A DNA stretch of 64,000 bases from Antedon mediterranea (Eukaryota > Animalia > Echinodermata), in contig NC_092678.1 in assembly GCF_964355755.1 (NCBI RefSeq), positions 22,027,365 through 22,091,364 on the forward strand, read 5' to 3'. This document shows, one piece after another, positions 1-12,700 of this stretch. A program made the position numbers and the translations under genes. The notes beneath the pieces were generated by a model. It saw only the letters and a program-made list of their open reading frames with translations, searched no databases and was not told the DNA's origin. The first letter of the stretch is position 1. Each line of letters begins with the position of its first letter.

Positions 1-484
1 AAATGTAGTAATGTTTAGTTCAGTAGATGTATTCGACTGGTCCCTCGCATTTCGAAGTGATTTACTCGCACTGCTCAGTTTGCAACAGGAATTTTTTAAA
101 TAGAGCAGTCGAATACGCATGACACCGTACCAGGAAAACACAAAGTCGATGCGCGCGTACGAAACCCGTAAGAGTATCAAGATTTTAACGCGCACAATTA
201 AGACCATAGTTATGTATAGCTAGGCCTACACACGATTGACGTACAGTCACTGGTAAATTATTTAAATCAACTGCTCTGTAATACATGAATATACTTTGAA
301 TTGATAAATTACATTCAGTTTTACATTGCATACATTATCTATTATTAATCTCATATTAAGCCCATACGATGTGGTGATAGTCTCAATGCTGTATTTAAAT
401 ATTTTAGAGAAACCAATGTTTCTAGTTTTCCTCCAACTATCCACACAGAGAGTTTCCTATTGCAGGCGATACACTAACCTCTCT

Positions 485-545
485 CTGATTGGCTGAACCT
501 ATTGACAAAGTTGACCAATGAAATTCCAGTACTCATTGGCCGTAA
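485..545 (+). promoter_or_regulatory. Cluster of CCAAT boxes upstream of the Wnt16 start codon
   Basis: GATTGGCT (~487), GACCAATG (~513) and CATTGGCC (~534) lie 200-250 bp upstream of the ATG. Function is inferred only. Confidence 0.4.
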
Positions 546-737
546 ACTTTGTCTGTAAAATAATATACCACACGGTAAAAACACCCATAGTCAGTTACGC
601 ACGATTGTTGACAGTGTCAGAGCTAGCTAGGCCACCATATTGCCCCGATTATATACACGGATCAGATAATGTGGAAGATTAGGTGATATACTTACATAGA
701 ATTTCTTTTTTATATTGGACATATTAATTTAAACACA

Positions 738-3700
738 ATGCTACTCACAAGAACTTCATGGATTTTTGGAAAATATTGGATTTTATTCTTAACGGTTTTG
801 TTTGTGGCTGTTAAAGACACGACGGTATACGCTTCATGGATGTAAGTAAGCCTATTTCAAAATAGTGGTAACTGTTCAAGTGCTATGACATATTTAAATA
901 GAGTAGAACCCATCCTTTGGGACACCCCTATTCAGGGTACCGTACATCACTATGGGCTATTAACGGGACATTTCTACGTTTTAACGAACAGGTGAAATAT
1001 TATGTTTACAGTATTTAAATATTTTATTGTGTAAACCCTCTAAATTAAGCTGATCCAAAAAGTACGTATGTTTAATTAATAGAAGCAATTTAATTCGTAT
1101 TTCACTGATAAAGTATAGAGCCCCTAGTATTAAGGATCACCTTCGGGACCTAACAAAGTGTCCCTAAATTTAGCCGTAGTATTAAACTGATATTTTCCCT
1201 CGTTCGTTTTACGGAAAAATGTCCCTATGGGTAGGTATAGCGGGGTATATCTGAATAAGGGTGTCTCTAAGGATGGCTTCTACTGTATGTGTTAATCTGA
1301 GCATAGCATTATATTCCATAGAGAAACAGGTGGATTAAATTAACATAGCGCAGATCACATTCAACTTTCATGTTTTTAAATAGACAGACTTACGTATAAA
1401 ACATAATTTACATAGCGTGACTGCTTATAAGTACATGTTTAAACCAATAATAAACAAGCGACATTGAATTATTAAATTATAGATTATTTCCGTCTACTGA
1501 GTACAATTATCCACTTCCTACACGGTACCAATTCGTTATAGACATATAAGATGGTGTTGGAATGAATACATGGTGCCCCTACGTTTTTGTATTATATTTA
1601 TAAACATAATTTGTTTGACATTTATGTACGGTACACTACGTTCAAGCACGATATAAACCGACATCTATAACATGCATTTGAATATTATACAGGCATTTAA
1701 ACTAGGCCTCGGCCTCTTATTAATAAGATCTGAAATGTCATGTTTATAGGTCGATAACACAAACATTGGGGGGAAAAACGATGCGATTGAGTTATAAGGT
1801 CTGGCATAAACGGCCTAGCCAAAATTAGGCCTAGGCCTAAAGTATTCAGCCCTTGTATTGTATAAAACACCTCACTGGTTACCCAGACGATACAATTATT
1901 ATTAGGAGGCCCAATATGATAAGTCAGGTATTTGCTAATTTACGAGATGGCTCTGAAGGTTATAAACTTATTGATAACGTGACTATGTTATGCGGGAAAT
2001 TGGCAGCTATATTGGCCCTAATTATACTAATATAAATGTATACACAATGTTATGACTGCCTGGCAAATATTGCGACAAGATAACACACCTGATTGCTCGC
2101 CAAACAACCAGAATTTAGGCTAAAAATTGATACATGCAATTTGTAAAGACTGACGCCATTGTGGCATATTCTATTATCCGCAATACACTATAAAAATGTC
2201 TCTTGGGTAAATAAACTTGACATTTAGGCGCGCGTTCAAACGTTGATGAAAATAGAACGTTTTTAGTACGCGCGCGTGTTATGTTCGTCTTCATGTGTAA
2301 CCGAAGATTTAATGTGTTCTACGTCATTATTTCCGCGATGAAGTATACGATCATGAGTATTACATTACGCGTAGTATGTTTATACTTTTTAATTGTGTAA
2401 CATATAAAATATTCAACATGATATAAAGTATTTAAATATATACACAAGGTGTGGTGAATGACCGAAATGTTTTAAATAATGATTGGTTAAAGAATGAGAA
2501 AGGGTAAACTTAATGTTACCTATTCCACGGTTCAGACTCGTAAAGTACATCGTAAAAAACGCTATAAGTGGCTTCAACAAACCACCAAACTGATAGTAAT
2601 CATATCGAGTCATTAAAACAAATTACGAAATGGTATACATGGATTTTAAAAGTGAAATTTCCTGCAATATTTCTATACATATGAATTATGATGCAATTCG
2701 GTAAGTAGGCCTACATACTGGGAACCTAGGGGTTTTATAACAGACTTTTTAATAAGAATGCACATAAGGAAACATGGGGTAGAAGCTCTAGCCTGTAAAC
2801 TTTTACACGAAATTACTACCGTACCGTATCACAGCACTAAAGGTAAAGGCTTATGCCGAAACGACAATTACCGGTATTACAAAAAATCAAAAGAGTGTAA
2901 CAGTCTAGTAATTCCGCTTTCTATCAGTTGTCACTATCAATATAATAGTTTGCGTTGGCCCCCACGCTATCATGAACGTTTCACCCCAATAATAAACGAC
3001 AAATAACATTGACTACAAATTTATCATAATAATGATGTCAATCATTTATAAATTAAATAAAAATAATTGTTATTAATATTCGTTTACTACGAAGGCCCTT
3101 AGGTGCTTTTAACTTAAAGTATAATGCGCACTCTGTTGTGATAACGAGGCTGGTGATAGTTCATCCGGTGTGCCCATTTAGGCCTCTGTATAATTTATAT
3201 TAAGGGGATACCTTCAGGACCCAAAGTGTCCTTTTATAGGAGTTTCTCCTTAATAAGTATTGACAAGTTAACAATTTCCCCTCGTTCGTTTCACGTGAAT
3301 GTGGCCCCTTCCCTTAAAACGTAGGGCTGTGTCCTGAATAGAGTCCCCCATGGGCTCTCCTGTATTCGCTTGGTTATGAAATCATACGTAAAGTACATTG
3401 GTGTGCCGGAGTGAAGACCAAATAAGACAGTTAAAAGTGTGAAATGACTGACTGATCCCTCCCAACCTTCTTCCTCCAAATTAGCGTCACCCACATGAGC
3501 TTTCTAAAATCAGAGACTGAAACGAACTCGAATTTGTAATGTGTACGAAATACAATACTGTTTAATTTGTATTGCCTGTTACATATCATGTAGTAGGCCT
3601 ACTTATCCTGACTTATCAATATGTTACAGTATTATAATATTATCAATATAATAATCTGTAACCACAACACACGATTACACCGCTTTAGCCTAGAGCAACA

Positions 3701-6700
3701 ACACGCCTGTCCGGTATAGCGATAAAACATGTATTGACCAAACCAGCATTAACAAGGGTGTCAAACGCAATTAAGAATCGTTCACTTGAATTAAAATGAC
3801 CTCAATCGAACACTGATCATGCGGCCACATCAAAGAACATTTTTATTTGATTAGGATGTCCCGCGTTGTAAACTCCACACCATGACAATTGACTAGGCGT
3901 ATTGTTTCCAGCATAGAGATATGCACTATAATATCTCTATGTTTCCAGTCAAATACGTTATGACAATCGCGCTGGTTTCGTTGAAATTTCTTCGAATTAT
4001 CTAAAATTATTTTTGTGAAGCGAGTTTAAAATTGTAATTTGCATGTACAAATTGTTTTCCTGCCGTCGTGTTATTTTCAGTATTTCTGTCATTATCATAT
4101 TGACGCATTATGCAAGTAAATTGACTTTAATTTAAATAATTATGTTCAATATTTTGTAAATTTGCATATGAGAGCTCGTCACATGTCGGACGCATCTGTA
4201 TCTGTCAATAATGTGTTTAGTGTAGTGTGTGCGCTGTAGAAAATAAAGGCTTAAGTACATCATAGGCCACTGTAGGCCTATGTTATTAAAATACAGCACA
4301 CTGTGACTGTTCTAATATAGTAACCATTACTTGTAATTGTTTAAGGGGTCCTACACATCAGACATAAAGCCTTTAAAATTCATTTTCTACTTGAATTTGT
4401 CACAAACCTGTCACAAAGGACAAGGCCTACTTCTAATGTCACAAAAACATTTTCACTGTTTTGCATGCCAATATTTATAAAGCCGCATTCGAAAATGTTA
4501 GCATTTAATCAATTTATTCACGCAAAGTAAAGGCTATAGATTTCTAGTCTTTCCGTGTTATATTATCCGTCGCGTCTAAACGTTTACCCAGTATGAATAA
4601 GGTGTTACGACTCAAATTGAAATTATTTCTAAATTACTAACGAAAATACAAACCACCGGGGGACAGGCCTAGATCTATATGGAGTCAAACGGAAGGCCTG
4701 TCAGTACTCCCGAGCTCAATTAATTTACTGTAGCAATTGGGACTTGATTCGAACAATATGTCAAAGAGAGCAGGCCTACAACAGTTTCTGAGTTATTTTG
4801 CAACTGTTGCAATTGTTGGCGTTTCATACTAAGAAAATAACCATGGAAAACGGAAGGGGTAATTCAACTATGCCTGTCAAAATTGGGCTTGATACGAATG
4901 ATATATAAAATAGATGTTGGCGACTGTTGCAATTTTAAATAACTTTTTATATTAAAAAAGGTAATTTTTTAGTTTTCATATATAGATGTCGTATAATTAA
5001 ATTGCCTTCATTGATTGAGGGTGGGGGGGGGGGGGGGTGGCGGAATTATGAATAATTTGAGATTGGAACTATTTTAATCTAGTCCTATTATAAGGCACGC
5101 ACCATTTCATACCAAGGCGAATCTTGTTAGATTGATAGTTTGACAAAAAAGTGTTGTGCCCAATATGATAGTGATATTCCCAAATATGGTATAGTGATAT
5201 GACATCATCATGACTGTAGGATTATTGCGATAATCTTATATACGATCGAGTAATATTTGCTGCCACCTACGGTTGTGTGGTACAGTTCAGCTATAGTCGA
5301 GTTACTGTAGACATGTGTAATTGAGCTGTCCGGAAATTCCGTCTATATTTCCGTGATCTGTTCCGTACGATTGCTTGTGTAAATTACAATGATAAATGTA
5401 AGTTTATTATATTTATGTGATACTATTTGTTTAGTCATAGTTACGATATTTTGCCTTTAATTATGAGATTTATCTTGAACATGTGCTGCATCGTGGTAGC
5501 CGCCATTTTGAGTGATACGGTAGACTATATAAGACAAGGTTGTTATGATAATAGACCAAAACATTTTGTAATATTCCTAAAATATATTTAGGCTAAATTT
5601 AGTATCCGATATATTGGTTCACATGATAATGTTGATTCTTTAGATGCTATGTATGTAACTTAGAATTTCTAGGTATAGACCGGTTGCATAAGAATGTTCA
5701 CTCTGAATTTGATCCGTCACGCATGAGTGATTCGTATCTGACCTCGCGTCGACTTAACTTTGCTGTAGGTTAACATTATTTATAGATTAGAGTTGCTTTT
5801 TGTTCTGAATGGAGGTTTGTTTATACGTATGAGTTAAGCAGGGATATTGATACATAATGAATATAATTATATTGTTTTAGGCTATGGAGTTATTCATGTG
5901 CTTTTGCTAACCTGAGAACGTAACTGTAGAAACTGTACGCTGTATAATCTGGAAGTATTTATGCCCGGCAAAGTTGTGAGTCATGTTAAAATCTATGTAA
6001 AATGTGGTATTATGATGAAAGTTACCAAGAACATTAATGACAAGTGTATGAGAAACATTATTGTATCTGTATTTTAATACTTAGTATTGTTTATATTTGA
6101 TTATGCTTTTAACAGTTTATTTATGATTGAATGTTGGTATGGAGATTTGTAAATGATTATTGAGGTTATATGCTATGGTATAAGGTTAAAGGTTGTTTAT
6201 GATTCTTTTCTGTATTTATTTGTAGAATTGAATGAGACGTTTAATAAACAGATTCATCTCAAACTTATTCCCGTGGTATATCTACTCATTTGCTAACCTG
6301 TGTGTAGTCGTCCGACCTTTTCTGTACAATTCAATTAACTGCTGCTAACCAGAGAAGAGCAACGATGGCTACGATTGACCAACTGCGGATAAACAGGAGG
6401 AACCGGAAGGGGAACCTCACGAGGGTGATAAACGAGTTATCACATTTAATGGAAAGGAAAGCTTCTGAAGCGGAGATTTCCACTGCGAAGGCAAAAGCAA
6501 AGACGCGGTTTGAGCTTGTAGAAGAGTCCCATGACAGTTTGGTCGAAAAGATAAATGATGAAGAGGAATACGAGACAGAACAAGAGTGGATGAATCACTG
6601 CCAGGATCAATTCATGACCGCAATGGCAAGATTTGAAGTAACAAGGGATGAGGTAATCCAAGAGAACGTATCTATAGATAATGAATCTGATGATGTACTT

Positions 6701-9700
6701 ATAAGTAATGTAACAAATAATGTGTCTGATAGTGTACCGATAGAAAATATACCTAATGTTAGTGTATCCGATGATGTGTCTAATAATGTAGATAATACAT
6801 CTGATTCTAGTGGTGGTGCTACTGGTGTATCTAACGTAGATAACACTTTAGTAAGTCTGTTTAAAGCATTAACTTTGCCACAGACTCCAATAAGGCAGTA
6901 CGAAGGCGATCCACTGTATTACCATGCATTTATTACTTCTTTTAATAATACTGTCTCTGGTATTCCAGAAGACAAGGTAAAGTTAAACACTTTAATGTCT
7001 TTGTGCGCTGGCAAGGCGTTACAATCGATCCAGTATTGTGTATTGAAGCCCCCTAATGAAGGGTACCAATCAGCTTGCAAAACTCTTAAAGACAGATATG
7101 GCAACACAGCCGTTATTGTGCAAGCATGGATTGGGAAAGTATTGGACCGGCCCAAAATTGATGCATCTAAGCTAGGCGACTTTGCGGATGATCTGGAGAA
7201 CTGCCATGAAGCACTGTTAGCTTTAGGTTTTCTTAATGAACTTAACAATCAGAGTAGTCTAAAGCAGATAATTGATAAGTTGCCGAGATTCCTGCAGAAC
7301 CGATGGCAAGGAGCGAATTACAAGCTGAAGGAAAAGGGAGTTGTACCTGGCTTAAGTGATGTGGTGAAGTTTGTCAAAGCATCGGCAAAGGAGATCAATG
7401 ATCCAGTGTTTGGGAACACTACCAACGCTACGGCTGAAGTTCAACAGTCGAGACAGAAGAAACACCAGGTAAATAACGTTAATGCTTCAGTTCCTTCACA
7501 GAGTTCTGCAAAAGAGAAGTTTCCAAAGTGCTGGATATGCAAGTCTGATGCACATTGGCCAGATGAGTGTGAGAAGTTTAGCCAGATGAAAGTAGAAGAT
7601 CGATTCGAGCTGGCAAAATCTAATCATGCATGCTTTTCCTGCCTCAAGATAGCAGGACGCAACCATCGGCTGAGTAATTGCTCAAGAAAAAAGGTATGTG
7701 GAGAAAAGATGGGCGAGAACAACTGTAACAGGTATCACCACAAACTTCTTCATTTAACAAAGAAAGCTGGTGTCGGCCATGTGAGTGTTATTGGTGATAA
7801 GGAGCCTTTGCTGTGTGTTCTAGACGTAGAAGTGATTGGGAAAAATGGGAGTCATGTGGCAAACGTTATGCTGGATCTTGGGTCACAGGGAACTTTTGTG
7901 AGAACGGATTTCGCCAACAAATTGGGGATTGGTGGAAAGAGTGTGGCTGCAGCAATAACCAAAGTAGGAGGCGTGGAAGAAATCTTCGAGTCACGGTTGT
8001 GTGAAATAAAGTTGCAGGGAATGGATTCGTCTGTTCACAACATCAAAGCCTTAGAAATGCTGACCATCAACGATGTGAACAGTGTCAACATAAAAAATTT
8101 AGAGAAATTTTTTAATATGAAGAATACTCTGAGAAGACGAGGTGGGCCGATAGACATCTTAATTGGAGTCGATCATGCCTATTTGATGACCGGAGAAACC
8201 AAGAAGACTAATGGCCTAGTGGCATTGAAGACGCCATTGGGATGGGCTGTATTTGGTGGTAACCAGAAGGATGCAAGGTTTAACCAGGTTATGAATGTGA
8301 AAGTAAGCAAACCAGTCAATTTAGACAACTTTTGGTCCGTTGAAGCGATGGGTGTCGATGTTGGAAATTGTGAGTGTAAGGCAAGACTTAGCGCAGTAGA
8401 AGACATGGAAGGGAAACTAATTGAAGACTCTAGTTCGAAAGTTGGCAATCAGTGGTTGATTCCCTATCCATGGGCGAAAGATCCATCTCAACTTCCCAAC
8501 AACAGAGGCCAAGCAATTAAAATGCTAAATGGTTTAGAGAAAAGGTTGAAGAAGAATAAGGAGCATGGTGCGGCTTACCAAAAACAAATGGAGGAAATGG
8601 TCAAAAAAGGATTTTCTCGCAAATTAAACAATACGGAAATGAAATTATATCAGGGACCTGTTCATTACTTACCACATCATGCGGTAGTCAGGGCTGAAAA
8701 TAAGAGTACACCCGTGAGGATTGTATTCAACTCGGCAAACCGATGCCAGGGGGGAGCGATCAATGAGTACTGGATGAAAGGTCCAGATCTATTGAACAAT
8801 CTGAGTGGGGTGCTGATGCGGTTTCGTGAAAGAGAAGTTGCTGTCTGTGGGGACATTTCAAAGATGTACCACCGAGTGCTGATACCAGAAATGGACCAGC
8901 ACGTACACAGATACTTGTGGCGAGATCTTAATTCTGATCGAGATCCTGATACCTATGTTATGCAAGTGTTGACATTTGGGGATAAGCCAGCTGCGGCAAT
9001 GGCGCAAACTGCTCTCAGGTTAACCGCCAAAGAGGGTGAGGAAATGTATCCAAGAGCTGCGCATGTGTTGAAGAACGAGACGTACATGGATGACATATGT
9101 GTTTCGGTGACAACGATCGAAGAGGCGAAAACCCTAACCAAACAGATGGATGCCGTGTTAGGCAACGGAGGATTTAATATCAAAGAATGGATATCAAACA
9201 AACCGCTAAACAATGAAGAAAGAAAAGATAAGGAACAAAAGGTTCTGGGTGTCTCATGGAACTACGCGGATGATACACTGAAGGTTAAGGTGAAGCTAGA
9301 TGATGACATTACGAATGCAGTAGTAACAAAGAGAAAGGCGTTGGGTATGATTGCGCAAGTTTTCGATCCAATTGGATTTTTGGCGCCAGTGGTTGTGAAG
9401 CTGAAAATAAAGATGCAAGAACTATGGAAGTCAGGTGTTAACTGGGATGAAGACCTGCCTAATGAAACTCAACAAGAATGGAGAATATTACTAAAAGAAC
9501 TCAACAATGCAAGTGAAATCAAGCTGCCAAGATGTCTGACTCCGGATAATTCTACTGACGCGCAATTGATAATTTTCTGTGATGCATCTGAAAAGGCGTA
9601 TGGGGCCTGTGCTTACCTGAGATGGAGACTGCAGGATGGTTTATTCAAAACAAGATTCGTTACTGCAAAGTCTCGAGTGGCACCGCTAAAAAAGTTGACC

Positions 9701-12700
9701 ATCCCAAGACTAGAGTTACAAGCCGCAGTTATGGCTGCTAGAATGGGTAAATCTATAACTGATGAATCATCGCTGCCATTAACAGATGTATTGTTCTTCA
9801 CAGACAGCATGATAGTGTTGGGTTGGTTAAAAAAGCCATCATGCTGCTATAAGCAATTTGTAGGTACGAGAGTACTGGAAATACAGAACAAAACGAAACC
9901 TGAGAATTGGAGACACGTGTCCGGAGTGGAAAACCCGGCTGACGATGTTTCTAGGGGAATTCCAGTGACAAACTTAAATGGAAGATGGATAAGAGGGCCG
10001 CCATTCCTGCAGAGTCCAATGCATGAGTGGGAACAAGAGAATTTGAGAGTGGAAGACGATGACAGTGAAATAAAGCTTGTAAAATTTACTGGAAATGTAG
10101 AGATAAAGCAAGTGAGACCGGAGGTGGAGATTGATAACTGTGAAACGTGGGAAGAAATGTTGGAAGTCTATAGAAGGAGAATCTATGGTGATGATTCACC
10201 AGCACTGGATGTCTATAAAGTCAGGGACATTGAGTTACTACTTTTGCGAAGGGTACAAAGAGAATGTTTCGCAGAGGAATTACAATTGCTTCGAAATGGT
10301 AAAGGTGTCCAGAGTAATAGCCGTATATGTAACTTGGATCCTATGTTGGAAGCAGAGAATGAAGTGATCAGAGTAGGAGGACGGCTTAGAAATGTAGAGA
10401 AAATAGACTTGGATGTTCACCCAATACTATTGGATCCGAAACATCGCATCACCAAATTGCTAATTAGAAGGGCGGATGCTAATGTATTCAATCACAGCGC
10501 AGGACCTAATCAAGTTTTCGCGTACTTAAGAAGAAAGTACTGGATCCTAAAGGGAAGAAGCCAAATCAAGTCTGAATTAAGTAAATGCATTGAATGTCAG
10601 AAATGGAGGAAGGGACCAGAAACCCCTAAGATGGCAGAACTTCCAGAAGCTAGACTAAGAATTGGTAAACCACCATTTTTTTCTACTGGAATGGACTGTT
10701 GGGGTCCTATGATGGTGAAGGTTAGAAGATCCCAAGAAAAACGATGGGGATTAGTTTTTAAGTGTATGACGACTAAGGCAGTTCATTTGGAGATTCTTCA
10801 TAACATGAATACAGATGCTTTTATCATGGCGTTTAGACGATTCGTGTCTCGCAAAGGAGTCCCGAAGGAATTGTACTCCGATTGTGGAACAAACTTCAGG
10901 GGAGCGGAAAGAGAATTGCATGAGTGCTTCAAGGCTATGAGCCCAGCTTTGCAAGAGAAACTAGCACAACAACAGGTAGAGTTTAAATTTAATCCTCCCA
11001 ACGCACCACACTTCGGAGGCGTCTGGGAAAGAGAGGTTAAGTCGGTGAAGAATGCCATTAAGTGTTCCTTGAAAGATCGAGTAGTAACGGAAGTTGTGTT
11101 GCAGACAGTGATAGTTGAAGTGGAAGGCCTAATGAACTCAAAGCCGCTGGGTTATGCATCATCCAATGTTTCCGATGCTGATCCGGTTACTCCGAATGTT
11201 CTGTTAATGGGTAGGCGTGACCCATCTTTACCATTTTCATTAGTCAGTCCTCAAGAAATCAAAAGCAAGAAGCAATGGCGCCATAGTCAGCTTATCATTG
11301 ACTTATTTTGGAAAAAGTTTGTATCGGAATATTTACCAAGTCAACAAATCAGACAGAAATGGGATAAAGAAACAGAAAACTTGAAGGAGGGTGACCAGGT
11401 GTTAGTTGTTGACAACCAAGCACAGAGAGGAGATTGGTTAACAGGAGAAGTACTGAAAGTTCATCCCAGTGCAGATGGACGAGTAAGGGTAGCGGATGTG
11501 AAAATGAAAGAAAAGGTATACAAACGTCCAGTCGTAAAATTGATCAAACTGGAGGAATGGAAGCATTAAGCTATACTGTATTGAAGTATCACAGCTGAGC
11601 TAAGATGGATTAGTTTCTTTGTATTAAATTATTAATCTGTTTAAGTTTAATACACGACTTGCTTAGTTTAGAGATATTGTATTTGTATCATGTAGTTGCC
11701 TTTATTTAGTTGATCTTTTGAAATGTTATAAATGTTTTGTTATAATGAGATTTCCTCATTATCGGGGGGAGTGTAGGATTATTGCGATAATCTTATATAC
11801 GATCGAGTAATATTTGCTGCCACCTACGGTTGTGTGGTACAGTTCAGCTATAGTCGAGTTACTGTAGACATGTGTAATTGAGCTGTCCGGAAATTCCGTC
11901 TATATTTCCGTGATCTGTTCCGTACGATTGCTTGTGTAAATTACAATGATAAATGTAAGTTTATTATATTTATGTGATACTATTTGTTTAGTCATAGTTA
12001 CGATATTTTGCCTTTAATTATGAGATTTATCTTGAACATGTGCTGCATCGTGGTAGCCGCCATTTTGAGTGATACGGTAGACTATATAAGACAAGGTTGT
12101 TATGATAATAGACCAAAACATTTTGTAATATTCCTAAAATATATTTAGGCTAAATTTAGTATCCGATATATTGGTTCACATGATAATGTTGATTCTTTAG
12201 ATGCTATGTATGTAACTTAGAATTTCTAGGTATAGACCGGTTGCATAAGAATGTTCACTCTGAATTTGATCCGTCACGCATGAGTGATTCGTATCTGACC
12301 TCGCGTCGACTTAACTTTGCTGTAGGTTAACATTATTTATAGATTAGAGTTGCTTTTTGTTCTGAATGGAGGTTTGTTTATACGTATGAGTTAAGCAGGG
12401 ATATTGATACATAATGAATATAATTATATTGTTTTAGGCTATGGAGTTATTCATGTGCTTTTGCTAACCTGAGAACGTAACTGTAGAAACTGTACGCTGT
12501 ATAATCTGGAAGTATTTATGCCCGGCAAAGTTGTGAGTCATGTTAAAATCTATGTAAAATGTGGTATTATGATGAAAGTTACCAAGAACATTAATGACAA
12601 GTGTATGAGAAACATTATTGTATCTGTATTTTAATACTTAGTATTGTTTATATTTGATTATGCTTTTAACAGTTTATTTATGATTGAATGTTGGTATGGA

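Noticed and set aside
6329-6364. Canonical tRNA primer-binding site
   Set aside because: There is no TGG next to the LTR and no recognisable tRNA 3'-end complement. An internal tRNA-fragment match cannot be excluded without a search.
6446-11058. Short antisense and alternate-frame ORFs inside gag-pol
   Set aside because: Shadow ORFs of the long coding sequence with no recognisable motifs.
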